From: Squalus acanthias
Lineage: Eukaryota
Direction: 5' to 3'
DNA: 64,000 nucleotides
Assembly (NCBI GenBank): GCA_030390025.1
Contig: JASTWF010000104.1
Location: 310,001 to 374,000, forward strand
Below, one piece after another: positions 1 through 14,139 of this stretch. The number at the start of each line of letters is the position of its first letter. Position 1 is the stretch's first letter. The position numbers were made by a program, and so were the translations under genes. The notes beneath the pieces were generated by a model that made no database searches, was not told the origin of the DNA, and saw only the letters and a program-made list of their open reading frames with translations.

Positions 1-264
1 CCGGTGCTGTCAGTGAGTCAGGGACAGACCGCGACCATCACCTGTACCGCCAGCTCATCCATTAGCTACTACCTTGCTTGGTACCAGCAGAAAGCCGGCC
101 AGAAACCCTCTCTCCTGATCTATGATGCAACAACTCGTTTCACAGGAACCTCGGAGCGTTTCACCGGCAGTCAACAGTCCAACACGTTCACCCTGACCAT
201 CAGCAATGTGCAGAGTGAGGATGTGGCAGACTATTACTGTCAGCAAGATAACAGCTTCCCTCTA
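1..264 (+). CDS. IGKV: Immunoglobulin kappa-type light-chain V segment (germline, unrearranged; leader and start of FR1 lie upstream of the window)
   Basis: Frame 1 is open: [88 protein letters not shown]. Both Ig cysteines, WYQQ and DYYC are present. It resembles shark NS4/type III (kappa) V regions and is followed directly by a 12-RSS, the kappa configuration. Confidence 0.95.
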
Positions 265-292
265 CACAGTGAGACAGAGCCTTACAAAAACC
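265..292 (+). promoter_or_regulatory. V(D)J recombination signal, 12-bp spacer (12-RSS)
   Basis: CACAGTG (265-271) + 12 nt AGACAGAGCCTT + ACAAAAACC (284-292): perfect heptamer and nonamer. Confidence 0.98.
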
Positions 293-3132
293 TCAATACA
301 CACAGCACCACCTCCTGTACTGACTCACCCCACAGTTATATATAATATATAATGATGGACACACAGCACCGCCTCCTGTACTGACTCACCCCACAGTTAT
401 ATATAATATATAATAATGGACACACAGCACCGCCTCCTGTACTGACTCACCACACAGTTATATATAATATATAATAATGGACACACAGCACCGCCTCCTG
501 TACTGACTCACCCCACAGTTATATATAATAATGGACACACAGCACCGCCTCCTGTACTGACTCACCCCACAGTTATACATAATATATAATAATGGACACA
601 CAGCACCGCCTCCTGTACCGACTCACCCCACAGTTATATATAATATATAATAATGGACACACACACCGCCTCCTGTACTGACTCACCCCACAGTTATATA
701 TAATATATAATAATGGACACACAGCACCGCCTCCTGTACTGACTCACCCCACAGTTATATATAATATATAATAATGGACACACAGCACCGCCTCCTGTAC
801 TTACACACCCCACAGTTATATATAATATATAATAATGGACACACAGCACCGCCTCCTGTACTGACTCACCCCACAGTTATATATAATATATAATAATGGA
901 CACACAGCACCGCCTCCTGTACTGACTCACCCCACAGTTATATATAATATATAATAATGGACACACAGCACCGCCTCCTGTACTGACTCACCCCACAGTT
1001 ATATATAATATATAATAATGGACACACAGCACCGCCTCCTGTACTGACTCACCCCACAGTTATATATATTATATAATAATGGACACACAGCACCGCCTCC
1101 TGTACTGACTCACCCCACAGTTATATATAATATATAATAATGGACACACAGCACCGCCTCCTGTACTGACTCACCCCACAGTTATATATAATATATAATA
1201 ATGGACACACAGCACCGCCTCCTGTACTGACTCACCCCACAGTTATATATAATATATAATAATGGACACACAGCACCGCCTCCTGTACTGACTCACCCCA
1301 CAGTTATATATAATATATAATAATGGACACACAGCACCGCCTCCTGTACTGACTCACCCCACAGTTATATATAATATATAATAATGGACACACAGCACCG
1401 CCTCCTGTACTGACTCACCCCACAGTTATATATAATATATAATAATGGACACACAGCACCGCCTCCTGTACTGACTCACCCCACAGTTATATATAATATA
1501 TAATAATGGACACACAGCACCGCCTCCTGTACTGACTCACCCCACAGTTATATATAATATATAATAATGGACACACAGCACCGCCTCCTGTACTGACTCA
1601 CCCCACAGTTATATATATAATAATGGACACACAGCACCGCCTCCTGTACTGACTCACCCCACAGTTATATATAATATATAATAATGGACACACAGCACCG
1701 CCTCCTGTACTGACTCACCCCACAGTTATATATAATATATAATAATGGACACACAGCACCGCCTCCTGTACTGACTCACCCCACAGTTATATATAATATA
1801 TAATAATGGACACACAGCACCGCCTCCTGTACTGACTCACCCCACAGTTATATATAATATATAATAATGGACACACAGCACCGCCTCCTGTACTGACACA
1901 CCCCACAGTTATATATAATATATAATAATGGACACACAGCACCGCCTCCTGTACTGACTCACCCCACAGTTATATATAATATATAATAATGGACACACAG
2001 CACCGCCTCCTGTACTGACTCACCCCACAGTTATATATAATATATAATAATGGACACACAGCACCGCCTCCTGTACTGACTCACCCCACAGTTATATATA
2101 TTATATAATAATGGACACACAGCACCGCCTCCTGTACTGACTCACCCCACAGTTATATATATTATATAATAATGGACACACAGCACCGCCTCCTGTACTG
2201 ACTCACCCCACAGTTATATATAATATATAATAATGGACACACAGCACCGCCTCCTCTACTGACTCACCCCACAGTTATATATAATATATAATAATGGACA
2301 CACAGCACCGCCTCCTGTACTGACACACCCCACAGTTATATATAATATATAATAATGGACACACAGCACCGCCTCCTGTACTGACTCACCCCACAGTTAT
2401 ATATAATATATAATAATGGACACACATCACCGCCTCCTGTACTGACTCACCCCACAGTTATATATAATATATAATAATGGACACACAGCACCGCCTCCTG
2501 TACTGACTCACCCCACAGTTATATATAATATATAATAATGGACACACAGCACCGCCTCCTGTACTGACTCACCCCACAGTTATATATAATATATAATAAT
2601 GGACACACAGCACCGCCTCCTGTACTGACTCACCCCACAGTTATATATAATATATAATAATGGACACACAGCACCGCCTCCTGTACTGACTCACCCCACA
2701 GTTATATATAATATATAATAATGGACACACAGCACCGCCTCCTGTACTGACTCATCCCACAGTTATATATAATATATAATAATGGACACACAGCACCGCC
2801 TCCTGTACTGACTCACCCCACAGTTATATATAATATATAATAATGGACACACAGCACCGCCTCCTGTACTGACTCAACCCACAGTTATATATAATATATA
2901 ATAATGGACACACAGCACCGCCTCCTGTACTGACTCACCCCACAGTTATATATAATATATAATAATGGACACACAGCACCACCTCCTGTACTGACTCACC
3001 CCACAGTTATATATAATATATAAGAATGGACACACAGCACCACCTCCTGTACTGACTCACCCCACAGTTATATATAATAATGGACACACAGCACCGCCTC
3101 CTGTACTGACTCACCCCACAGTTATATATAAT

Positions 3133-3877
3133 GGCCCAGAAATTGATCTCGCTCTGTTCCCGCGGGGGTAAGCCTTCCCCGCGATGTCTCACCTCGCTTA
3201 TGCTTTTTCAGATCCAGCTCGCACGAACTTGATGTTCCAGACATCAGCTGTGCTGGGCTTGCGTATCCCAGCGGCGTAGTGAATTCGTGCGAGCTGTGGG
3301 ATCACGTGACTCAGTTAGAGCCAATGGCAGCACACCATCTTCCATTCATAAGTCTCACAGCATGGCTGTGAAATCTATGAATCTTACACCCCCCCAAAAT
3401 AACAGCTAAACCTCAATTAAATTTAAAAAAAAAACCATCACATTAATAAAATAAGTAAAGTTAATTAAATTAACCATTTTAAATAAAAAATTAAATTTTT
3501 GAAAAAGTTTAAAATCTTTTAAAAAGTTATAAAAATAAACTTACCTGTCTTTAAAGTCTATAAAAAAGATATAGCTGTAAAAAAAAAAATCAAAAAAATA
3601 CTTAATTCACTACTTACCTTCTTAAAAGCGGGTCTTACTCCTCCTTTTTACATTTCCAAAATCTTCCCTACTTACCTGCGCGTCCAAAGCATGAAGTGCA
3701 CAGCGTGCGCGCAGCCTGTAGCGCGCACGCGATGCACCCAGGCCCCGCCCCCTTTTCAGAAGAGCAATTGCCGGTTTTCAGCGCATGCGCAGGGCATGCA
3801 GAAAACCGGCAATTGGAGTGGGAATACGCGAGAGTACGCACTGCGTACTCTCGCGTCCCGGGATCAATTTTCGGCCC
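3133..3877. mobile_element. 745-bp non-autonomous DNA transposon (MITE, PIF/Harbinger-like), copy 1
   Basis: Imperfect TIRs GGCCCAGAAATTGATCTCG versus revcomp of the right end GGGCCGAAAATTGATCCCG (15/19). It sits in a satellite unit with 3 extra bases (AAT left, ATT right), fitting a 3-bp TSD with one mismatch. Subterminal hairpins and an AT-rich core; no coding capacity. Confidence 0.8.
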
Positions 3878-6314
3878 ATTATATAATAATGGACACACAG
3901 CACCGCCTCCTGTACTGACACTCCCCACAGTTATATATAATATATAATAATGGACACACAGCACCGCCTCCTGTACTGACTCACCCCACAGTTAAAAATA
4001 ATATATAATAATGGACACACAGCACCGCCTCCTGTACTGACTCACCCCACAGTTATATATAATATATAATAATGGACACACAGCACCGCCTCCTGTACTG
4101 ACTCACCCCACAGTTATATATAATATATAATAATAGACACACAGCACCGCCTCCTGTACTGACTCACCCCACAGTTATATATAATATGTAATAATGGACA
4201 CACAGCACCGCCTCCTGTACTGACTCACCCCACAGTTATATATAATATATAATAATGGACACACAGCACCGCCTCCTGTACTGACTCACCCCACAGTTAT
4301 ATATAATATATAATAATGGACACACAGCACCGCCTCCTGTACTGACTCACCCCACAGTTATATATAATATATAATAATGGACACACAGCACCGCCTCCTG
4401 TACTGACTCACCCCACAGTTATATATAATATATAATAATGGACACACAGCACCGCCTCCTGTACTGACTCACCCCACAGTTATATATAATATATAATAAT
4501 GGACACACAGCACCGCCTCCTGTACTGACTCACCCCACAGTTATATATAATATATAATAATGGACACACAGCACCGCCTCCTGTACTGACTCACCCCACA
4601 GTTATATATAATATATAATAATGGACACACAGCACCGCCTCCTGTACTGACTCACCCCACAGTTATATATAATATATAATAATGGACACACAGCACCGCC
4701 TCCTGTACTGACTCTACCCCACAGTTATATATAATATATAATAATGGACACACAGCACCGCCTCCTGTACTGACTCACCCCACAGTTATATATAATATAT
4801 AATAATGGACACACAGCACCGCCTCCTCTACTGACTCACCCCACAGTTATATATAATATATAATTATGGACACACAGCACCGCCTCCTGTACTGACACTC
4901 CCCACAGTTATATATAATATATAATAATGGACACACAGCACCGCCTCCTCTACTGACTCACCCCACAGTTATATATAATATATAATAATGGACACACAGC
5001 ACCGCCTCCTGTACTGACTCACCCCACAGTTATATATAATATATAATAATGGACACACAGCACCGCCTCCTCTACTGACTCACCCCACAGTTATATATAA
5101 TATATAATTATGGACACACAGCACCGCCTCCTGTACTGACTCACCCCACAGTTATATATAATATATAATAATGGACACACAGCACCGCCTCCTCTACTGA
5201 CTCACCCCACAGTTATATATAATATATAATTATGGACACACAGCACCGCCTCCTGTACTGACACTCCCCACAGTTATATATAATATATAATAATGGACAC
5301 ACAGCACCGCCTCCTGCACTGACTCACCCCACAGTTATATATAATATATAATAATGGACACACAGCACCGCCTCCTCTACTGACTCACCCCACAGTTATA
5401 TATAATATATAATTATGGACACACAGCACCGCCTCCTGTACTGACACTCCCCACAGTTATATATAATATATAATAATGGACACACAGCACCGCCTCCTGT
5501 ACTGACTCACCCCACAGTTATATATAATATATAATAATGGACACACATCACCGCCTCCTGTACTGACTCACCCCACAGTTATATATAATATATAATAATG
5601 GACACACAGCACCGCCTCCTGAACTGACTCACCCCACAGTTATATATAATATATAATAATGGACACACATCACCGCCTCCTGTACTGACTCACCCCACAG
5701 TTATATATAATATATAATAATGGACACACAGCACCGCCTCCTGTACTGACTCACCCCACAGTTATATATAATATATAATAATGGACACACAGCACCGCCT
5801 CCTGTACTGACTCACCCCACAGTTATATATAATATATAATAATGGACACACAGCACCGCCTCCTGTACTGACTCACCCCACAGTTATATATAATATATAA
5901 TAATGGACACACAGCACCGCCTCCTGTACTGACTCACCCCACAGTTATATATAATATATAATAATGGACACACAGCACCGCCTCCTGTACTGACTCACCC
6001 CACAGTTATATATAATATATAATAATGGACACACAGCACCGCCTCCTGTACTGACTCACCCCACAGTTATATATAATATATAATAATGGACACACAGCAC
6101 CGCCTCCTGTACTGACTCACCCCACAGTTATATATAATATATAATAATGGACACACAGCACCACCTCCTGTACTGACTCACCCCACAGTTATATATAATA
6201 TATAAGAATGGACACACAGCACCACCTCCTGTACTGACTCACCCCACAGTTATATATAATAATGGACACACAGCACCGCCTCCTGTACTGACTCACCCCA
6301 CAGTTATATATAAT

Positions 6315-7059
6315 GGCCCAGAAATTGATCTCGCTCTGTTCCCGCGGGGGTAAGCCTTCCCCGCGATGTCTCACCTCGCTTATGCTTTTTCAGATCCAGC
6401 TCGCACGAACTTGATGTTCCAGACATCAGCTGTGCTGGGCTTGCGTATCCCAGCGGCGTAGTGAATTCGTGCGAGCTGTGGGATCACGTGACTCAGTTAG
6501 AGCCAATGGCAGCACACCATCTTCCATTCATAAGTCTCACAGCATGGCTGTGAAATCTATGAATCTTACACCCCCCCAAAATAACAGCTAAACCTCAATT
6601 AAATTTTAAAAAAAAACCATCACATTAATAAAATAAGTATAGTTAATTAAATTAACCATTTTAAATAAAAAATTAAATTTTTGAAAAAATTTAAAATCTT
6701 TTAAAAAGTTATAAAAATAAACTTACCTGTCTTTAAAGTCTATAAAAAAGATATAGCTGTAAAAAAAAAATTCAAAAAAATACTTAATTCACTACTTACC
6801 TTCTTAAAAGCGGGTCTTACTCCTCCTTTTTACATTTCCAAAATCTTCCCTACTTACCTGCGCGTCCAAAGCATGAAGTGCACAGCGTGCGCGCAGCCTG
6901 TAGCGCGCACGCGATGCACCCAGGCCCCGCCCCCTTTTCAGAAGAGCAATTGCCGGTTTTCAGCGCATGCGCAGGGCATGCAGAAAACCGGCAATTGGAG
7001 TGGGAATACGCGAGAGTACGCACTGCGTACTCTCGCGTCCCGGGATCAATTTTCGGCCC
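6315..7059. mobile_element. MITE copy 2 (near-identical to 3133-3877)
   Basis: Same sequence and same flanking variant satellite units; offset +3182. Confidence 0.8.
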
Positions 7060-9008
7060 ATTATATAATAATGGACACACAGCACCGCCTCCTGTACTGA
7101 CACTCCCCACAGTTATATATAATATATAATAATGGACACACAGCACCGCCTCCTGTACTGACTCACCCCACAGTTAAAAATAATATATAATAATGGACAC
7201 ACAGCACCGCCTCCTGTACTGACTCACCCCACAGTTATATATAATATATAATAATGCACACACAGCACCGCCTCCTGTACTGACTCACCCCACAGTTATA
7301 TATAATATATAATAATAGACACACAGCACCGCCTCCTGTACTGACTCACCCCACAGTTATATATAATATGTAATAATGGACACACAGCACCGCCTCCTGT
7401 ACTGACTCACCCCACAGTTATATATAATATATAATAATGGACACACAGCACCGCCTCCTGTACTGACTCACCCCACAGTTATATATAATATATAATAATG
7501 GACACACAGCACCGCCTCCTGTACTGACTCACCCCACAGTTATATATAATATATAATAATGGACACACAGCACCGCCTCCTGTACTGACTCACCCCACAG
7601 TTATATATAATATATAATAATGGACACACAGCACCGCCTCCTGTACTGACTCACCCCACAGTTATATATAATATATAATAATGGACACACAGCACCGCCT
7701 CCTGTACTGACTCACCCCACAGTTATATATAATATATAATAATGGACACACAGCACCGCCTCCTGTACTGACTCACCCCACAGTTATATATAATATATAA
7801 TAATGGACACACAGCACCGCCTCCTCTACTGACTCACCCCACAGTTATATATAATATATAATAATGGACACACAGCACCGCCTCCTCTACTGACTCACCC
7901 CACAGTTATATATAATATATAATTATGGACACACAGCACCGCCTCCTGTACTGACACTCCCCACAGTTATATATAATATATAATAATGGACACACAGCAC
8001 CGCCTCCTGTACTGACTCACCCCACAGTTATATATAATATATAATAATGGACACACATCACCGCCTCCTGTACTGACTCACCCCACAGTTATATATAATA
8101 TATAATAATGGACACACAGCACCGCCTCCTGTACTGACTCACCCCACAGTTATATATAATATATAATAATGGACACACAGCACCGCCTCCTGTCCTGACT
8201 CACCCCACAGTTATATATAATATATAATAATGGACACACAGCACCGCCTCCTGTACTGACTCACCCCACAGTTATATATAATATATAATAATGGACACAC
8301 AGCACCGCCTCCTGTACTGACTCACCCCACAGTTATATATAATATATAATAATGGACACACAGCACCGCCTCCTGTACTGACTCACCCCACAGTTATATA
8401 TAATATATAATAATGGACACACAGCACCGCCTCCTGTACTGACTCACCCCACAGTTATATATAATATATAATAATGGACACACAGCACCGCCTCCTGTAC
8501 TGACTCACCCCACAGTTATATATAATATATAATAATGGACACACAGCACCGCCTCCTGTACTGACTCACCCCACAGTTATATATAATATATAATAATGGA
8601 CACACAGCACCGCCTCCTGTACTGACTCACCCCACAGTTATATATAATATATAATAATGGACACACAGCACCGCCTCCTGTACTGACTCTACCCCACAGT
8701 TATATATAATATATAATAATGTACACACAGCACCGCCTCCTGTACTGACTCACCCCACAGTTATATATAATATATAATAATGGACACACAGCACCGCCTC
8801 CTGTACTGACTCACCCCACAGTTATATATAATATATAATAATGGACACACAGCACCACCTCCTGTACTGACTCACCCCACAGTTATATATAATATATAAG
8901 AATGGACACACAGCACCACCTCCTGTACTGACTCACCCCACAGTTATATATAATAATGGACACACAGCACCGCCTCCTGTACTGACTCACCCCACAGTTA
9001 TATATAAT

Positions 9009-9753
9009 GGCCCAGAAATTGATCTCGCTCTGTTCCCGCGGGGGTAAGCCTTCCCCGCGATGTCTCACCTCGCTTATGCTTTTTCAGATCCAGCTCGCAC
9101 GAACTTGATGTTCCAGACATCAGCTGTGCTGGGCTTGCGTATCCCAGCGGCGTAGTGAATTCGTGCGAGCTGTGGGATCACGTGACTCAGTTAGAGCCAA
9201 TGGCAGCACACCATCTTCCATTCATAAGTCTCACAGCATGGCTGTGAAATCTATGAATCTTACACCCCCCCAAAATAACAGCTAAACCTCAATTAAATTT
9301 TAAAAAAAAACCATCACATTAATAAAATAAGTATAGTTAATTAAATTAACCATTTTAAATAAAAAATTAAATTTTTGAAAAAATTTAAAATCTTTTAAAA
9401 AGTTATAAAAATAAACTTACCTGTCTTTAAAGTCTATAAAAAAGATATAGCTGTAAAAAAAAAATTCAAAAAAATACTTAATTCACTACTTACCTTCTTA
9501 AAAGCGGGTCTTACTCCTCCTTTTTACATTTCCAAAATCTTCCCTACTTACCTGCGCGTCCAAAGCATGAAGTGCACAGCGTGCGCGCAGCCTGTAGCGC
9601 GCACGCGATGCACCCAGGCCCCGCCCCCTTTTCAGAAGAGCAATTGCCGGTTTTCAGCGCATGCGCAGGGCATGCAGAAAACCGGCAATTGGAGTGGGAA
9701 TACGCGAGAGTACGCACTGCGTACTCTCGCGTCCCGGGATCAATTTTCGGCCC
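9009..9753. mobile_element. MITE copy 3
   Basis: Same sequence and flanks; offset +5876 from copy 1. Confidence 0.8.
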
Positions 9754-10543
9754 ATTATATAATAATGGACACACAGCACCGCCTCCTGTACTGACACTCC
9801 CCACAGTTATATATAATATATAATAATGGACACACAGCACCGCCTCCTGTACTGACTCACCCCACAGTTAAAAATAATATATAATAATGGACACACAGCA
9901 CCGCCTCCTGTACTGACTCACCCCACAGTTATATATAATATATAATAATGGACACACAGCACCGCCTCCTGTACTGACTCACCCCACAGTTATATATAAT
10001 ATATAATAATAGACACACAGCACCGCCTCCTGTACTGACTCACCCCACAGTTATATATAATATATAATAATGCACACACAGCACCGCCTCCTGTACTGAC
10101 ACACCCCACAGTTATATATATTATATAATAATGGACACACAGCACCGCCTCCTGTACTGACTCACCCCACAGTTATATATAATATATAATAATGGACACA
10201 CAGCACCGCCTCCTGTACTGACTCTACCCCACAGTTATATATAATATATAATAATGTACACACAGCACCGCCTCCTGTACTGACTCACCCCACAGTTATA
10301 TATAATATATAATAATGGACACACAGCACCGCCTCCTGTACTGACTCACCCCACAGTTATATATAATATATAATAATGGACACACAGCACCACCTCCTGT
10401 ACTGACTCACCCCACAGTTATATATAATATATAAGAATGGACACACAGCACCACCTCCTGTACTGACTCACCCCACAGTTATATATAATAATGGACACAC
10501 AGCACCGCCTCCTGTACTGACTCACCCCACAGTTATATATAAT

Positions 10544-11288
10544 GGCCCAGAAATTGATCTCGCTCTGTTCCCGCGGGGGTAAGCCTTCCCCGCGATGTCT
10601 CACCTCGCTTATGCTTTTTCAGATCCAGCTCGCACGAACTTGATGTTCCAGACATCAGCTGTGCTGGGCTTGCGTATCCCAGCGGCGTAGTGAATTCGTG
10701 CGAGCTGTGGGATCACGTGACTCAGTTAGAGCCAATGGCAGCACACCATCTTCCATTCATAAGTCTCACAGCATGGCTGTGAAATCTATGAATCTTACAC
10801 CCCCCCAAAATAACAGCTAAACCTCAATTAAATTTTAAAAAAAAACCATCACATTAATAAAATAAGTATAGTTAATTAAATTAACCATTTTAAATAAAAA
10901 ATTAAATTTTTGAAAAAATTTAAAATCTTTTAAAAAGTTATAAAAATAAACTTACCTGTCTTTAAAGTCTATAAAAAAGATATAGCTGTAAAAAAAAAAT
11001 TCAAAAAAATACTTAATTCACTACTTACCTTCTTAAAAGCGGGTCTTACTCCTCCTTTTTACATTTCCAAAATCTTCCCTACTTACCTGCGCGTCCAAAG
11101 CATGAAGTGCACAGCGTGCGCGCAGCCTGTAGCGCGCACGCGATGCACCCAGGCCCCGCCCCCTTTTCAGAAGAGCAATTGCCGGTTTTCAGCGCATGCG
11201 CAGGGCATGCAGAAAACCGGCAATTGGAGTGGGAATACGCGAGAGTACGCACTGCGTACTCTCGCGTCCCGGGATCAATTTTCGGCCC
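10544..11288. mobile_element. MITE copy 4
   Basis: Same sequence and flanks; offset +7411 from copy 1. Confidence 0.8.
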
Positions 11289-14139
11289 ATTATATAATAA
11301 TGGACACACAGCACCGCCTCCTGTACTGACACTCCCCACAGTTATATATAATATATAATAATGGACACACAGCACCGCCTCCTGTACTGACTCACCCCAC
11401 AGTTAAAAATAATATATAATAATGGACACACAGCACCGCCTCCTGTACTGACTCACCCCACAGTTATATATAATATATAATAATGGACACACAGCACCGC
11501 CTCCTGTACTGACTCACCCCACAGTTATATATAATATATAATAATAGACACACAGCACCGCCTCCTGTACTGACTCACCCCACAGTTATATATAATATGT
11601 AATAATGGACACACAGCACCGCCTCCTGTACTGACTCACCCCACAGTTATATATAATATATAATAATGGACACACAGCACCGCCTCCTGTACTGACTCAC
11701 CCCACAGTTATATATAATATATAATAATGGACACACAGCACCGCCTCCTGTACTGACTCACCCCACAGTTATATATAATATATAATAATGGACACACAGC
11801 ACCGCCTCCTGTACTGACTCACCCCACAGTTATATATAATATATAATAATGGACACACAGCACCGCCTCCTGTACTGACTCACCCCACAGTTATATATAA
11901 TATATAATAATGGACACACAGCACCGCCTCCTGTACTGACTCACCCCACAGTTATATATAATATATAATAATGGACACACAGCACCGCCTCCTGTACTGA
12001 CTCACCCCACAGTTATATATAATATATAATAATGGACACACAGCACCGCCTCCTGTACTGACTCACCCCACAGTTATATATAATATATAATAATGGACAC
12101 ACAGCACCGCCTCCTGTACTGACTCTACCCCACAGTTATATATAATATATAATAATGGACACACAGCACCGCCTCCTGTACTGACTCACCCCACAGTTAT
12201 ATATAATATATAATAATGGACACACAGCACCGCCTCCTGTACTGACTCACCCCACAGTTATATATAATATATAATAATGGACACACAGCACCGCCTCCTG
12301 TACTGACTCACCCCACAGTTATATATAATATATAATAATGGACACACAGCACCGCCTCCTGTACTGACACTCCCCACAGTTATATATAATATATAATAAT
12401 GGACACACAGCACCGCCTCCTGTACTGACTCACCCCACAGTTATATATAATATATAATAATGGACACACAGCACCGCCTCCTGTACTGACTCACCCCACA
12501 GTTATATATAATATATAATAATGGACACACAGCACCGCCTCCTGTACTGACTCACCCCACAGTTATATATAATAATAGACACACAGCACCGCCTCCTGTA
12601 CTGACTCACCCCACAGTTATATATAATATATAATAATGGACACACAGCACCGCCTCCTGTACTGACTCACCCCACAGTTATATATAATATATAATAATGG
12701 ACACACAGCACCGCCTCCTGTACTGACTCACCCCACAGTTATATATAATATATAATAATGGACACACAGCACCACCTCCTGTACTGACACACCCCACAGT
12801 TATATATAATATATAATAATGTACACACAGCACCGCCTCCTGTACTGACTCACCCCACAGTTATATATAATAATGGACACACAGCACCGCCTCCTGTACT
12901 GACTCACCCCACAGTTATATATAATATATAATAATGGACACACAGCACCGCCTCCTGTACTGACTCACCCCACAGTTATATATAATATATAATAATGGAC
13001 ACACAGCACCGCCTCCTGTACTGACTCACCCCACAGTTATATATAATATATAATAATGGACACACAGCACCACCTCCTGTACTGACTCACCCCACAGTTA
13101 TATATAATATATAATAATGGACACACAGCACCGCCTCCTGTACTGACTCACCCCACAGTTATATAAAATAATGGACACACAGCACCGCCTCCTGTACTGA
13201 CTCACCCCACAGTTATATATAATATATAATAATGGACACACAGCACCACCTCCTGTACTGACTCACCCCACAGTTATATATAATATATAATAATGGACAC
13301 ACAGCACCGCCTCCTGTACTGACACACCCCACAGTTATATATAATATATAATAATGGACACACAGCACCACCTCCTGTACTGACTCACCCCACAGTTATA
13401 TATAATAGATAATAATGGACACACAGCACCACCTCCTGTACTGACTCACCCCACAGTTATATATAATATATAATAATGGACACACAGCACCACCTCCTGT
13501 ACTGACTCACCCCACAGTTGTATATACATTGTAGACATGTTGCAAATAAGCTGCCTGGGTTAGAGAATCAGTGCATCTATACTGATCATTAAACTCGCTA
13601 GCTAGCGTATGAGAACTCTTAAGAAGCAATGTTAAACCTTTAAATGTTTTTATGCTAACAGATGACGTATTAGAAACAGATGCTTCGATCACCTACCTCA
13701 ACTGTGTTGGATAAATGAGCTGTTTAGTGCATTGCTGACACATGGCTCAATGAGAGTGACGGCAGAAATATTCACTGAAAGGTACAAGGAATTGAGAAAG
13801 GATGGAGCAGGTTAGAGCGGACCTGGGGCTGCTGTCTTCATCACTGAGAATCTCACAGCTCTACTCTTTTCATTGAAACAATAAGGAGACCCTGGATGGT
13901 CCCGGTGTCATCAATCAAAATCATCTAACAAAAGAGCCCACTATTGAGAGGGACACAAATTATAAAACCCAACTCATAAAAAATAAAGGAAACTGAACAA
14001 ATTAAATCATCAGGCTACTTCACTATCCACTACACACTCCAGTCCCTGCGGTGCCCACCGGTCACAGAAGGCCTAAAGCGCCCTGGCGGACTCCTTCTCC
14101 AGGGCCACCCTGGTGCAGACAAAGCCCCGGGAGAGAGGC

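Larger units (their letters stand above)
296..13520. repeat. 61-bp tandem satellite (roughly 165-170 units), interrupted four times by a MITE
   Basis: Unit GGACACACAGCACCGCCTCCTGTACTGACTCACCCCACAGTTATATATAATATATAATAAT repeats near-identically, starting about 4 bp after the V nonamer. Confidence 0.98.

Noticed and set aside
265-345. ORF-track extension of V ([10 protein letters not shown]...)
   Set aside because: Read-through of the RSS and satellite; the V coding region ends at 264, and it is not a germline-joined VJ.
3007-3964. Short ORFs repeated four times (61-98 aa)
   Set aside because: They straddle MITE/satellite junctions and recur only because the block was duplicated.
296-13520. 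CRISPR-like appearance (regular repeats with inserts)
   Set aside because: Units are head-to-tail with no unique spacers, the context is vertebrate, and there are no cas genes.
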